The notes under the pieces are model-generated. The model did not search any database. It saw only the letters and a list, made by a program, of their open reading frames with translations, and was not told the DNA's origin. Below are positions 50,601 through 63,900 of a stretch of 64,000 bases of DNA, one piece after another (position 1 is the stretch's first letter; each line of letters begins with the position of its first letter). Made by a program: the position numbers and the translations under genes. The stretch comes from Antedon mediterranea (taxonomy: Eukaryota > Animalia > Echinodermata): contig NC_092673.1 of the NCBI RefSeq assembly GCF_964355755.1, positions 29,509,648 to 29,573,647 on the forward strand, read 5' to 3'.

Positions 50601-53600
50601 GTTCGAATCCCATCACGGGAAAACAATTAAATAAAAGGATTTGTTTGGTTATTACACTGAAAGGGCAGTTGTAATTTTGAATAGGCTACTTTTTGGAAAA
50701 GTCACAACTGAAAAGTACTTGAATGCGCAAGATACGTTTTGTTGCGGGCGGATAACCAAACTCGTCCTCAAGTGACAAGTTTAAGATCTAGTTATTTTTT
50801 ATTCTGGGTAGCCTTTTCAGTAAAAGACTGTTCTCCCAGAGGGCCCAGTGTACAGTACTATGATGAGTTTGTGACAGTGACTGTGTGTGAACTAGTACTC
50901 TGGGTAACCCCCTACTCATCTCAAGAGATGTACTAGGTTCTTTAAAGTGCACATGAACCAGATGTGTACACTGGACCTATGGTTTATAGTCCTTATCTGG
51001 GAAGACTCATTCTACCACCAGAACCATGGAGCGAGTGAGCCTCGAACCCTTGCTGATAATGTTATGGCTACGTATTACGGTTTCATGGTCTTAACCGCTC
51101 AGCCACTCACTCGCTTAATGGATGGTGTCCGGGATTAAAAATAGGATGGAATGGTCAAGAGATTCCTAGATAAGGAGTTGGCGGTGGTGGCGGTGGTGGC
51201 ACATGACTAAACCAACACCTCAACCTATGCACAACCTTGTGAATTTTACCTGTAAAGATTTTTATTCTATAAATGTTGTAATTAATTTCAGACGTGGACT
51301 AAACAGTAAATTTGTTCCTCCAATTATGAATAAAGATGAAGTCACTCAAGAGACAAGGTAATCTTTATTAAATTAATTTAAAAGTTTTCCATAAAACCAC
51401 TTTTATATATGTCTTTTATATTTGTTTTTTTCTGTATCAATGTTTTTATGGAAAGTTGGTCTATGTTTATCCATGGAGAAATAAGTTATTTTTCCATGGT
51501 TTATCAAAAGTTATAATGCATGTGATAATTGATTGTGTTTAGGAATACCAGTCATTCAGGTAGTGCTGATAGCAATGAATGCATTGATGAACGTTTAAAG
51601 AATATCGACCCTAAAATGATTGAACTTGTCATGAATGAGGTAATTTTTATATTTACTTTTAACTTCAGAAGTAATGCAGTGAACATTTGTGATTTTATTT
51701 TAAATAGGAGAAATTTGTCATCATTTGTGAGTCTAGGAGAGGTTCAGTAATTGAATGAATGATAGATGGATGGAGGGTTGGCTGATGGGATGGGAAATTG
51801 TTGTATGTGTTGATGGTATAAGGATCTTCTTTGATGGAATGGGATGGATATATGTAAAACCAATTAAAAATACCAGTGGGAAAAATGTTACATAATATGT
51901 ACATAATATGCAAATTCTTCTGGCTGTCAAACATTACGCGGTCTACGCGCGATTTAACAAAATCACGTTTGTAATCATATCTTCACAAGCATGAATCACT
52001 TTTAAACAAAATTTGGTACTCATAAATTTCAGGTCATATTTCATCATATGGGAATACAATTGGTACGTGCGTAGCGCATATAACACATGCGTACGCGCGC
52101 TTAAAATGTTCAAAATTTTCAGAATTTATTTTCGATGAAATTAGAGTACGTTTCAGGCAATTTTAAGCGTTTAAAAAATTGCCATAAGTGCGCAGATTTT
52201 TGCACGCGCACTGCGCGTCAAACGTTATTGCGCACTGTTTTTGTCCGATTACTGTTGTACTGTATAACCTTTCTTTAACAATATCATCATATTGTATTAA
52301 CTTTTCAACGCGAAACAGCGTTATACGAGCACATCAAAAGTGACAGGCTACGCACGTGTAAGTTAACAAAATGGTGAAAATATGCAAAATTTTAAAATTA
52401 ATATATATCGTTAGAATGCTCGGGAACACCGATTTTTTATTTCATTTTCTTGAAGTGTATGTATCATATGTATGATTTATTATGAAATTAAGAGAACAAA
52501 AGTTGATTAAGTCATCATTAATGGCATATTAAATTTACAAAAATTTATTTCGACAATCAAACAAATTATAACATTTTCTTAGGCCGAAATAACAAACTTA
52601 ACATTAACTTTCTTCCTTAAGAAGTTCATATATTAAAGTTAAAAGTATATAGTTTGACAGTGCATCATTTTTAAAAATCTTTAAAGATGTCATCATAGTA
52701 AAACATTATAATTCATTGCGGTATGTAATAATCTATCTGCACCAAAGTGGTTACTGCATAGTAAATACACGGAGGAATATTTCCATAATTTTTAGTCAGT
52801 TGTGTATGGCTCGGTGGTCTTTGCTCGTGTCTACAGCATTCAAGCTACCGAGTTCGAGGCTTACCTTGGGAAACGTAACGAAATAAGATTTTTTTTATTA
52901 CCCGTATTGTTTGTTCAATTGTATTTCTTAGTGCTTAGATTATACAGATGATTTATAATGAAATTTATTTAAAAACACAAATGTGGTTTATGACATTATA
53001 TACGCAGAAGGATCTTTGATCGGATTATGATACCGGCTATTGTATTTGCGTTAGCAAGATCCTATCATATATTATAAATAACTAAAGATTCTGAGAAAAT
53101 CAATCAATCAAAATATCTTAAATCAATCAATTATCTTTATTTAAATCAATGCATATAACCTATAATTCGTCATAGTGACGAATTAAATCTAGTTTTATTT
53201 TGTATCTTCATTGAGATCCAACCACACTGATACCCACAGCATTGTCATTTTTTTCCGTAATTTGCCTTTGGATTTATTAATATAATATTTACATATTTGT
53301 CAGGTGATGGATAACGGTCCACCAATTCATTGGGATGACATTGCAGGTCTTGAATTTGCTAAGTCAACCATTAAAGAAATTGTGGTGTGGCCAATGCTTA
53401 GACCGTAAGTACCATTTTAACGTCATTATTTCATATTCTTATTATATTGGTTAAGGTGAGTGCATTTCCAAATATGTATACTGTATGTATATATCATACA
53501 CCACTGTAGTTAAGTTACTTCATATATAGAGCAAATGAGATGTTTTATTTTTTATTTCATACGCATCCGCAAGTAACTCACCAATACAGGATGGATAAAC

Positions 53601-56406
53601 TATTTAATAATTTATTGTGCTTTTCTTGCAGAGACATTTTTCATGGTTTGCGTGGACCACCAAAAGGTCTATTACTGTTTGGACCACCTGGAACCGGCAA
53701 AACACTCATAGGTAATTGAAACATCTAGTTTATAAACAATTTTATTCTATTATTTTTTTTTTTTCCAAAATAACTACTATAAATTTAATTGACGATTTAT
53801 TATTTATTTTGATAGGAAAGTGTATTGCCAACCAATCAGGAGCAACGTTTTTCAGTATTAGTGCTTCGTCGTTGACATCTAAATGGATCGGTGAAGGAGA
53901 AAAGATGGTGAGGGCGCTGTTTGCTGTATCCCGTTGCCATCAACCAGCTGTTATCTTCATTGATGAGATTGATTCGTTATTATCGCAGAGATCAGCTGAT
54001 GAACATGAATCGTCAAGAAGAATTAAAACAGAATTTCTTGTGCAATTGGTAATAAAAAATAATTCATGCATTTCATCATAAAGATATATCTTATACCCAT
54101 TTCACACCAAAACACTCGGGTTTTAAGACCATTCAAAACATCGATAAACTCCGGAGATACCCCTTTCACACCAACCTAGCAACACCAGGGTTTATAAAAT
54201 AAAATTGTAAATGTCGCCCTTTGTTTTATTACATAGCGACGATTATTAGAATCATTTTAATTAATAATATTTTTAATTTGATAATTAATTTCAAAAGTCT
54301 CAGAATTCATATAATGATTTATTGATACCACGTATTATTTTCTAGACCCGCTATTATTTTTTACAAATACTTAAAGTATTTTGAAATAATACTAAAGCAA
54401 TGAGTGATTGTGTGAGGATGACTTTTTGACCTCAAAAGTTTGATGTTGGTACCTTTCACACCAAAACACTGGGGTGTCTCCGCAGTTCACTCTCCGGAGA
54501 ATGTTCAGCTGTTCAACCCCGCAGTTTTAAACTCCGGAGTTGCTTGATTTTACCTTTCACACCAAATAACCGGGGCGTCAACTCCGAAGTGTCTCTCCTT
54601 TGTATAATCATAAAAATATTATCCAGGCCTTGTCTTTTGCAAATTGTAGGTGTGCTACAAATTGCACTCCTCAATACATTCAGGGGTGCTGTAGGTGTGC
54701 TGTTTGTATTTTGGTGTGTAGAAATTTAAGCTTGTTGTAAATCGCACTCCTCAAGGGCATTTTAGGTGAGTGATCGCACTCGCTCGCCTTAAAAGACAAG
54801 GCATAATTATAGTGTACTATAATATCTCTACGGTATAATACTTTTTTTATTTCCAAAATTTATCAGAATTATTATTTTTTTATGGTATCTTATGATGTGG
54901 TCAAAGTCTCTCGATGATCACATTATATTATTGATATTTATTTCTTTACAAGGACGGTGCTACAACAAATTCAGAGGATAGACTGTTAGTGGTCGGCGCT
55001 ACAAACCGCCCTCATGAGATAGACGAGGCTGCCCGAAGACGACTGGTCAAGAGACTTTATATTCCTCTACCAGATGCTGCTGCAAGAAAACAAATTGTAA
55101 CCAACTTGCTGAGCACACAAGCGTATGTGCTAAGCGAAAGTGAACTAAACAACATACAGGAACAAACTGAAGGTAATTATAATGTATGAGTCATGGTGTT
55201 TTAAGAGATACTACTACTGGAGAAAGTTTTAGAGAAATGCCCAAAAAGGTTAATTCATTTAAAACAAATATATTGTACAGACAAAAATTGGAAACCAACA
55301 TTTAATTTTATTTTATACAAATAATAAATGTTTATGAGTGTAATGGTACAAATAATGGCATGAGGTGAATGATGAAAGGTTATATTTCAATATGATTATG
55401 TGACCCACAATTGTCCAAACAAATGACAGGAATTTATTTAGGTGTGTAGTGATTTATTTAAGTTGGTTCCGAGCTTTCTCAGGCGTATATAACTCCACGC
55501 GACGTACACTGTCACTGAATGATAACTCATACAAAAGTATATTTAATTCAACTAGAACTTTTATTCCTTGTAACTCGATTAATACATCTTACTACCAGTC
55601 AAGCCTTATTTTCTTTATCATCTTTCCATTTATCTACTCTGATCTTATTCTCTCTTCTCTTCTAATATCTATAACATTCTACTTTTATACTGGATATGCA
55701 AATTTTAGGCTTCAGAGGAGGATAACATTTTCCCTCCAAAAATTATACGATTTTGATTGGCTAATAATATAAGGCGGACCTGGTCTAAAGCATCCTTCTC
55801 TAAACACAGAGAATCACAACATAAATAATATGACAAGGTGTTATTATAATATCTTATATTACATAATGCATGTTCTATCAACTTTACCCCTAAATAATCA
55901 ACCTCACCCTTAAATATAACAAAACCTAACCCTATAAATATTCCCTAAAGTACTAAAAAATGAATTACCACCCTCCGAGGGGTGTGTGGTACCACTATTA
56001 TGTATAGTGTTTTGTAGTGTTTAGTAGGACCAATCAATACTGTGGTTGGCACTGTTAACTTTATACCAAGGTGGAATCTTATTTCTACTCTATTAGGTTA
56101 TTCAGGCGCTGATGTTGCTAATTTATGTCGTGAGGCTGCTCTTGGCCCAGTTAGATGTATCAAAGATATCCAACAAGTTTCTGCTGATCAGGTAATACAT
56201 TTTAAAATACAGTATGTACTGCATATGACCTGGATCTGCCCCCATTTCCTTGCAGTGTACTTATTGTGCTTTTTTCTTTTTTTCAGGTTCGTCCCATGCT
56301 TTTTAAAGATTTCCAGGCAGCTTTAAAAACTGTTAGACCAAGTGTTTCTCAGCAAGATCTTAATATTTACCTAGAATGGAATAAACAATATGGAAGTGGT
56401 ATTTGA
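44665..56406 (+). CDS. FIGNL1: Fidgetin-like protein 1 (AAA+ ATPase, RAD51/DMC1 anti-recombinase)
   Basis: Coding exons 44665-44813, 45185-45315, 46069-46151, 46513-47077, 47347-47459, 48392-48486, 51292-51357, 51543-51639, 53304-53404, 53632-53711, 53816-54048, 54953-55172, 56097-56191, 56287-56406. N-terminal KWQRCYF...GLNNYAE; FLTA and FVPP RAD51-binding motifs; [44 protein letters not shown]; C-terminal WNKQYGS. Confidence 0.95.
45346..45527. mobile_element. MITE family B, best-preserved copy
   Basis: Long imperfect palindrome gcttggttcccactag..aacgcaaggacgtaa / ttacgtccttgcgtt..ctagtgggagccgcgc; TAA/TTA flanks. Confidence 0.8.
47798..48328. repeat. Intronic minisatellite, 29-bp unit, about 18 near-identical copies
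   Basis: catgctcatgttggcatgcatgagtactg repeated. Confidence 0.97.
48490..48990. mobile_element. Tc1/mariner (pogo/Tigger-like) non-autonomous element
   Basis: TA|cagtagaacctccattttacgtac ... gtacgtaaaacacaggttctactg|TA. Confidence 0.85.
49066..50791 (+). mobile_element. Helentron/DINE-like non-autonomous rolling-circle element
   Basis: Sub-terminal IR ggttatccgcc / ggcggataacc; 5' hairpin partner gcggataa; 3' stem-loop aaactcgtc..gacaagttt ending ctag-tt; internal duplication of about 307 bp. Confidence 0.65.
50795..51113 (-). mobile_element. tRNA-derived SINE with Deu/Nin-like core
   Basis: Minus strand: gtggctgagcggttaagacc (A box), gggttcgagg (B box), gataaggactataaaccataggtcc...gtgcactttaaagaacc...gagtaggggt core, A-rich tail. 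Confidence 0.7.
51905..53192 (+). mobile_element. Second, related Helentron-like element (5'-truncated)
   Basis: Shares blocks with 49880-50620 (cgtttcagg..attttaagcgtttaaaaa; catcatagtaaaa); 3' hairpin aattcgtca-tag-tgacgaatt followed by ctag-tt. Confidence 0.6.
54095..54802. mobile_element. DNA-transposon remnants (ttcacaccaa repeats) and a MITE at 54626-54802
   Basis: Four tttcacacca(a) motifs; gccttgtctttt ... aaaagacaaggc inverted ends. Confidence 0.5.
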
Positions 56407-56463
56407 ACACACATGTTCTAAGAAAGAAAGACAAATGTACTTAATTGTTATCAAATGTTCTGA

Positions 56464-56469
56464 AATAAA
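56464..56469 (+). terminator. Candidate FIGNL1 polyadenylation signal
   Basis: AATAAA about 60 nt after the TGA. Confidence 0.5.
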
Positions 56470-56839
56470 ATAAAAAATTAACAAAAACAATTAACATGTT
56501 TTTTATTAATAGTATTATAATGCACTGGTCATTTTTTTAAATACTAGGCTATTTTGATATCACATAAAACAATGGATGGGAAATGATGATTTATATACCT
56601 GATAAAAAAAATGTGAAGAAAAACTAGCCATTGTTTTTTTAATTTTATACCTTAATGATTTTTTTGTTTTTTCAACTGTTTATTTTGTATTTTTTATAAG
56701 CGAAACCATTGAGATTTTGTTTGTCACACACACCCTTCCCCTAAGACAATGCAGAACAAAGAAGGGATGGTTTATTATGAGGATAAAATTACATTTTCCG
56801 TATTTGGCAATATTATACCCATATTTGGGGAGATAGCAA

Positions 56840-57179
56840 AGAAGTAGCCAATGAAAATCCTACGCGCATGAATTCAAACGGCCATACTTATTACGTAGAC
56901 TAAATATAATTGTCTCCCGTAGATTATTCCGCCGGAAATACACTATGACAATTTAATGTTTTTTCCTAAATATTATAACAATTCTTTTAGGTACTTTACT
57001 AAATATTAAATTATTTAAAAATGATAAGATGTAAAATAGAGATATAAGTTTAAAATTATGCTTAAAAAACGCCATTGTTTTCAAGACCTACTTTGTTTAC
57101 GCGGATGCTTAATATTTTCAAATTGCTCTCCGTCAGTTACAAATTACTCGCGCGGAAGTGGTTTTTACATGTTTGTCAA
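56840..57179 (+). promoter_or_regulatory. Putative MKI67-like promoter and non-coding first exon
   Basis: CCAAT 56848-56852; TTCAAA (CHR reverse complement) 56873-56878; tcgcgcggaa near 57148; donor caa|gtaagt after 57179. Confidence 0.45.
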
Positions 57180-57909
57180 GTAAGTATGCAATACAAATTC
57201 ACATTTTAGTGATATAAATGAATTTTAAATATTTTAAGTATATATAGTCGGTAGAATATATAATAGCTCATCACTGTATGGCTAAATATTGTATGAAATT
57301 TGTTGTATGTTTGCTGATTGTGCGATTTAATTTATCAATTTAGGCCTACATAATGCTTGGCATGATCAGATTAGGCAAACCGTTTTAACCGCACAGCCAG
57401 TCGGCCATTCACGGCCGCTTTGAATTTAATCATGTCTTCCGACTGGTATAGGCTAGCCTGCCGGCCTAGCACTTAATTATGACTAGGCCTACGTTTTGAT
57501 TGACCTAGCTAGGCGGATAGATCCCTAGAGTGACTCTTAGCTTATAAATAATTTAATTATTAATTTAAATAAATTACCATTCTATAAAAAAAAATAAATT
57601 GTGATTTTATTTGTGTGGTCTGTTAGTTATTAAAAGACACCTGAAGAATTATTCAAGATATTGCCTCCGAATTTTGTTCTATGTTGATTCGTTGTAGCCT
57701 AGAATATCCTCAACCATTAAATAAAGTACATATTTTAGGGTTGACAAAAATAGGTGAAATGAGTTATTCTGAGCATTAAAACAACCACAAATCAACAAAA
57801 ATATCAGAAATTTTTCCAAATTTTCCATACATGTATGTCTAGGCTAGAAAATGTGTTAAATTTTACAATTACAGTATCTTTTCATTTCAGCTGAAAGTAA
57901 GTATTGAAG

Positions 57910-60900
57910 ATGCCACTTCACGGTAAGATTGTGGTTATCAAAAGAAATGGAGCAGATGGGGCACATTTTCCATTAACTGCAGATCAGTGTTTATTTGGAA
58001 GGTAAACTATTAGTTAAATAGATAAAACTGGAATAGCATTTACAAAAGAAACAAACAACAAATAGGCCTATGTTATTTGATGGACGACTCGCTGACTATT
58101 ATTTATGAATTGTGTACGTTGTGTTCCTAATTTTTGGGTATAATATCTGGAAAATGTCTGTTTTTCACATGTACAGTGTCACCTACATTGATGAAAAATA
58201 TTGCCATATCTGGTACTATGATTACATCTTCAGTCAACTTTCCCAGAATCGTAATGCTTGTAAACCACAGTGCCAATAATATATTTAAGGACTGGTATAT
58301 TCTGTGTGAGCTGGAGGCAGACTGATGGTACAGTATGTTGAGTTTATAATATTATCATCAATAGATTTTAAAGCGGTGTACATTTTTCTTTTAGAACGAA
58401 TGAATGCGATATCAGGATTCAATTAGCTAATGTGTCTGTGGAGCATTGCAGAATCTCTGTGAAGAAAAACTCTGAGGTTGGTGGTTGAATGATTTGTCAT
58501 AGTACTATTAAATTACGTAGAATTAGTCACAGTATTTACTTGAATGACTACAGTATATGATTTGACACTTCCACTTAGTTATACCCACCACCCAAAGAAG
58601 ACTATTGTTAAAATCAAACAATCCTCTATTACAGTCAACTCTCCCAATACCGGACACCCTTGGGCGGGCATATATTTTCCGGTTTTTCGAAAGTCCGGTT
58701 TCCTGAAAACATATTTTTAAAGTCATCACGTTGTCACTGAAAATGCTTTGAATCACCGGTCCGAATGCTGCCCGGTTCGGTCTCCTAGCGTAGGGAAGGC
58801 CTAGGCTAGGTAGGCTATGATTGTGTCAATCTAGTTTTAATTAAATAAATACTGATAGGCCTAGGCCTACCTTATTAATATTAAGCTACAGTAATTCAAT
58901 TTACCTTTTTTTAAAAGTTACATTATTTACTGTACCAATAAAACATGTTACAATAGTAAATTATTGTTTCTCAATGTGTTTTTAACGGCAAAAAGGCCTA
59001 CGTACGTACGGTGAACATAATTTCGGTCTGTTTATTGTTTTTCGTGAGCTAGCTAGCAGCAGCAGCATGGGTGAATTGAAGGGCTTTGATTGATGCGCAT
59101 GTGCAGAGGTGTCATAATCAAATAAAAACGCCCACACCTAGACCACATGTTTTTTAAGCTCCTTTATTTTGACGTAATTTGATAGCAATGATGAAAATTG
59201 ATTAGGTAAACGAGCCAAGCAATAATGAAACAATAATTAATTGGTAACATTTCAAAGTTTATTAACACTAGTTAAGTCAAGTTCATTCCGTTTACGTTTT
59301 GCCATAATGATTTCCAAATTTATAATGATGCACATTTTTAGTGAAACATTCCTTTTTAAAGTCCTATTGCAATTGTGAATTTAACAATAATTTAAACAAA
59401 ACAAAGACACAAAGTGGAATGTAAATTGAACTTTATTAAAAAACAATTCATATGCTAAAAAACATTGTTAACAACTCCCTGCTAAAAACAATAGACATTT
59501 AAGACATAGCGCTTCGATGTGAAAAAGCCCACCGCAGTTCGATACGCAACAAAGCAATTGCCGCCTCGTGGGTTAACAATGAACTGACCTGTCAATCACA
59601 GTGTAGCGCTCCATGGCAACATTATTTGATCGTACCGCAAAACGTTGCGCACTTCATGCATGGTGAGGGTATGGTTAAAAGCTTTTGTACATTGTGAATG
59701 TATTGAATCCGAGTCAGCGACGACGATGTTGCGTTGTTTTCGTAAATATTTGAGTTTTTTAACTGTCAGTCCGGTTTTCAGACGCTAATTTTCGTGTTTT
59801 GTACTTCATAATTTGTCCGGATTCCGGAATTGGGTATTCCGGTTTTCATAATAAATTACAGTACATTTAGAATAGGGACAAATTGGGCCCTTCAAAAAAG
59901 TCCGGTTTTTCATGAATTCCGGTTTTGGGAGAGTCCGGTATTGGGAGAGTTGACTGTATTCAGATCAAAGAAGCATCTATTGTTACTGTACTGTAAGGTT
60001 GTCAATAAGTTGAGGGTAGTAATATTGTTTTTAACACCATAAACCAGCGGATTTATCTGGGTGTTTGGTCTTGTGGATGAAGATTGATCATCTAACTTGA
60101 GTATATAAGTAAATACTTTTATTTATCATTTTTATTTTCAGATAATCCTTACCAATCTCAGTGCAACTAACCCAACGCTACTGAATGGAAAGGCAATAAT
60201 AAAAAATGAGAAAATTAATCACATGGATGTGTTTACAATCAGTGATAGATCATTCAGGTTAGTTTGTCTGCAGTAATTATGTTTTTTATTATTTTAACTT
60301 CTCAATAACCAATTGGTAATAGCCTTCTGAAATTTCAGATTATCGTAGCAACATTTAATTGCTCGTTTTAAAATACTGTAATAGAATAAAACTTGAAAAT
60401 AGCAATTTACCATCTATTACTAGATAAAGTAAATATGATTGTCTGTGTCTGTTGCAATTAGGCCAAATAAAAAAACATACTTGTTAAGCGTCACCGCCCG
60501 CTCCTGATTATCCAGCCGCCTCTCTTTTTATTTTTATTTTTTTTTTACCCATATACAACGGAAAGTTCAGCGGCCCGGCCCAGCTCCAGAGCAGGGCTCA
60601 AAATTCACGCTAGCAAACTAGCATTTTGCTAGTAGATTCTTCATAATTGCTAGTTGAAAATTTCAAAACTAGCAAATGTTTGCTAGGCTGGTGTAATTTT
60701 TGAAAAATACGTACTGTACTTCTTAGCTTAGCCACGCTAGCTAGCCACCGATCGCTCTATGTCGACAACGGCAATTTGGTGAAAACAATTGTTTCATTTA
60801 CACACCGCCGATTTACGTCAAGGAAACGCGAATCATGTAATGTGGTAAACAGCAAGCTTTTTCCCCAACACATTAAATCACGTGCATTTAGTACGTCGCT

Positions 60901-63900
60901 GAGGATGACATCATCAGTCACGTGATTACAGAATACACGATTATCAATTTAGGGATTTAACGAAATAAATATTTTGCCTACACATTGGTCGAAGCGCGTT
61001 TTTTATAGGTTCGTAAATAGGAAACACCCCATACATAATGGACTCTACCAATTTTGTTTACGATGATCTCGCGCTCGAGATCGGCACACCACAAGGTCCT
61101 GTTGGGGCGATGGGCCCGGCGATGCGTTTCATCACAACTTTAAATACTGATTTACACAGCAATTGGCAAAGGATTCATCAAAGAAGAATGAATACGTTGA
61201 ATAAAAATTCACTTAAGAAATGCCGTAAGCTGTTTTCAAAATCAGCCCACTATTTAGTATTATTGAGACCAACATCATGCTTCTCGCGATAGGGAATTTC
61301 CTGGATAGATGAGTCGAGCGAGAGACGGCGGACCATGGCCGATGAGTGAGGCGGGGGTGGCAGTTTGGACGGATTAGCCTAGGGCCTACAATTTCGCTCG
61401 GTGGCAATTAAATTTAATGTTTTAATTACGTCTGGATTTAAACAATACAAAACTCAATTTTGTCATCGGCAATAATATTTCATACATAGTCAATTTTGTT
61501 CTGTTTCGCATTTTAAAAGTTTGACGTTTCGTCCTAAAAAAAAGTGGGCCAAAACGTCCATCGCACAAAATTATACCTCCAGAAAAAGTATAAAAAAAAA
61601 CCGTCCCCCCGCCCCTGAAAATTTATGAGGGTGTGACGCTTAACAAGTATTTTTTTTTATTTGGCCTTATCTAATGTTGATAGATCTAAGTTTTAATGTT
61701 TGCCTACTACTTTTACTTAGATTTGAGTATCCTCCTGGTTCAGTGATGCGTGGTTCTCCCAAACCTGGTGGAAAGAAGGTTATTCAAAGTCCTATTGTGT
61801 CGAGTAGTACAGACAGGTCAAGAAGACTGTCATTGCAGGCCTCAAAAACTCCATCAAAGACCCCAGCGAAGACAGCTACTCCAGGAAAGAAAACCCCTGT
61901 AAAGACTCCTACAAAGGCAGCACTATCTAAAACACCACTAAAGTTAGATACACCAGTAAAGAGTACTAGTAAGAAAACACCAGGGAAGACGTCTCCAAAG
62001 ACACCCCAAACCAAGACACCGACAAAGGCAGCTACACTTGCAAAGAAAACACCAGCAAAAACTTCTCCAAAAACACCACAAACAAAGACACCAACAAAGG
62101 CGACCACACCTGCAAAGACACCAACAAAGGCGACCACACCTGCAAAGACTACCCCGAACAAAACACCTGCAAAAATAGTTACACCAAAAGCATCTGCAAA
62201 GAAAAGTCCTGCAAAGACACCTGAAATGGTAGACACTCCAGCCAAAAAATCCACTTCTGCTAAAAAAGGCACTCCAGCAAAGACAACCCCTGCAAAAAGT
62301 TCTGCTAAAACTCCTCCTAAGACACCTGAAGAATTGTTTAAGATCTTAACTCCAAAGGTTAAATCACCAGTTGCAAAGACACCGCCAAAGTCGACAGGAA
62401 AGAAGTCTCCAGGAAAGTCACCAGCAAAGAAATCGCCAAAAGGTAAATATCCAATTTTATTATTAACTGTCTTACATCTACTGTAGTGTAGCCGCATATC
62501 ATAAAAGTTTTTATTGAAAAATAGTTCATTCTGCAAGCTGATGCATAATATATAAATATACAGAATAAGTTTGTCTTTTTAATGGTAACACAGTAAACTC
62601 TCCCAATACCGGACAGCTTTGTGATTGCCAAATATATCTTGTTTTCCGGAAAGTCTGGTATTCAGAATGTGTTTTTAATGGTAAAGAGGAATTTCGGACC
62701 TTTTTGGAAAAGTCTGATTTTGGGAGAGTTTCAGGTTTTCTGAGAGTCTGGTACTGGGAGAGTTTACTATTAGTATAGTATTCTAGTTTTTTTATATATA
62801 TATATTTATATGTTTTTTTGTTTTTAAGGCACAACTCCTCAAATTAAAAAGTCTCCTAAAAGACTCAGTGGATCTCTCAAGAAGATCAAAGCTAAGGTGA
62901 GTTTTTCAATTAATTTTTTATTCGCTGTTATTGTTATTTTATTTATGTTATTGAATACTGAATTACTATCAACACGTATATTGATAATTGTACTTGGTTT
63001 ATAAATATCTCTAACAATTTATTATTAGGGTGTGCCTTTTGGAAGCCCGCGTCAGCCCAAGTCAACTCCACTAAAAACAGCCATGGATCAGCTGAAACGT
63101 CGCTCTGCGCCTGTAGTTGAAGAATCACCAAGGACAAAGCGGTCACCAGGTATTTTAAATTATTACTATTAATCACTTTTTTTGATTTGTTGTTAATATT
63201 CTATAAATATGCAGTATATATATTTGATAGCATGTAACTGTAGATTGGATAATGTGTTAACATCTCCAAACAGATTTACATTTTTACTTGGCATAGCCCT
63301 GCCGCATAACAACTATTTGTTCAGGGAATAGGTCGTTCTAAAATGTTTAATCCTCCTTGAATCGAAACCAATTTGTTTCTGCTTACTTTTATAGCTGTGA
63401 AACCTGTGAGTGTTGAAAAGAAGAAAGCTACACCAAAACGCAAGTCTATTGAAAGTATTGCACCATCAGCAAAGCGAAAAAGAGTGTCATTTGGACCAAA
63501 CCTCAGTCCAGAACACTTTGACAAAAAACTGCCGCCGTCTACACCACTTCGACGAGGTGCAGCTCCACGTAGAAAAACAGTGGGTGAGTTTAAGGTTCGT
63601 AGTCCAGGTGCTACACCAAAAATAAAGAAGAGAGCATCGGTTGGAACTCAACTACATCCCGTGATTCCAGAAGAGAGGTTGACACCAGTAAAGTCACCAA
63701 AAGGCCAGAAATTAAAGACACCATCCCCTAATAAAGCAAGTCCCAAAACCAAGACTCCATCTCCAAGAAAAGCAACACCCAAAACAAAAACACCACCTAA
63801 GTCCTCCACTCCAGTGAAGTCACCTAAGAAAAGTAGCACTCCAAAAGCCTCTACTCCTGTGAAGTCACCCAAGAAAAGTAGCACTCCAAAAGCCTCTACT

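Noticed and set aside
53304-56406. Spastin, katanin or VPS4
   Set aside because: No MIT domain; the N-terminus and FxxA/FVPP motifs are FIGNL1-specific.
61038-61292. Transposase ORF inside the TIR element
   Set aside because: Only 84 aa, with no recognisable DDE or DNA-binding motif.
61674-62486. Stand-alone histone H1-like gene
   Set aside because: No globular H1 domain; it is a spliced internal exon between FHA and PP1-binding exons.
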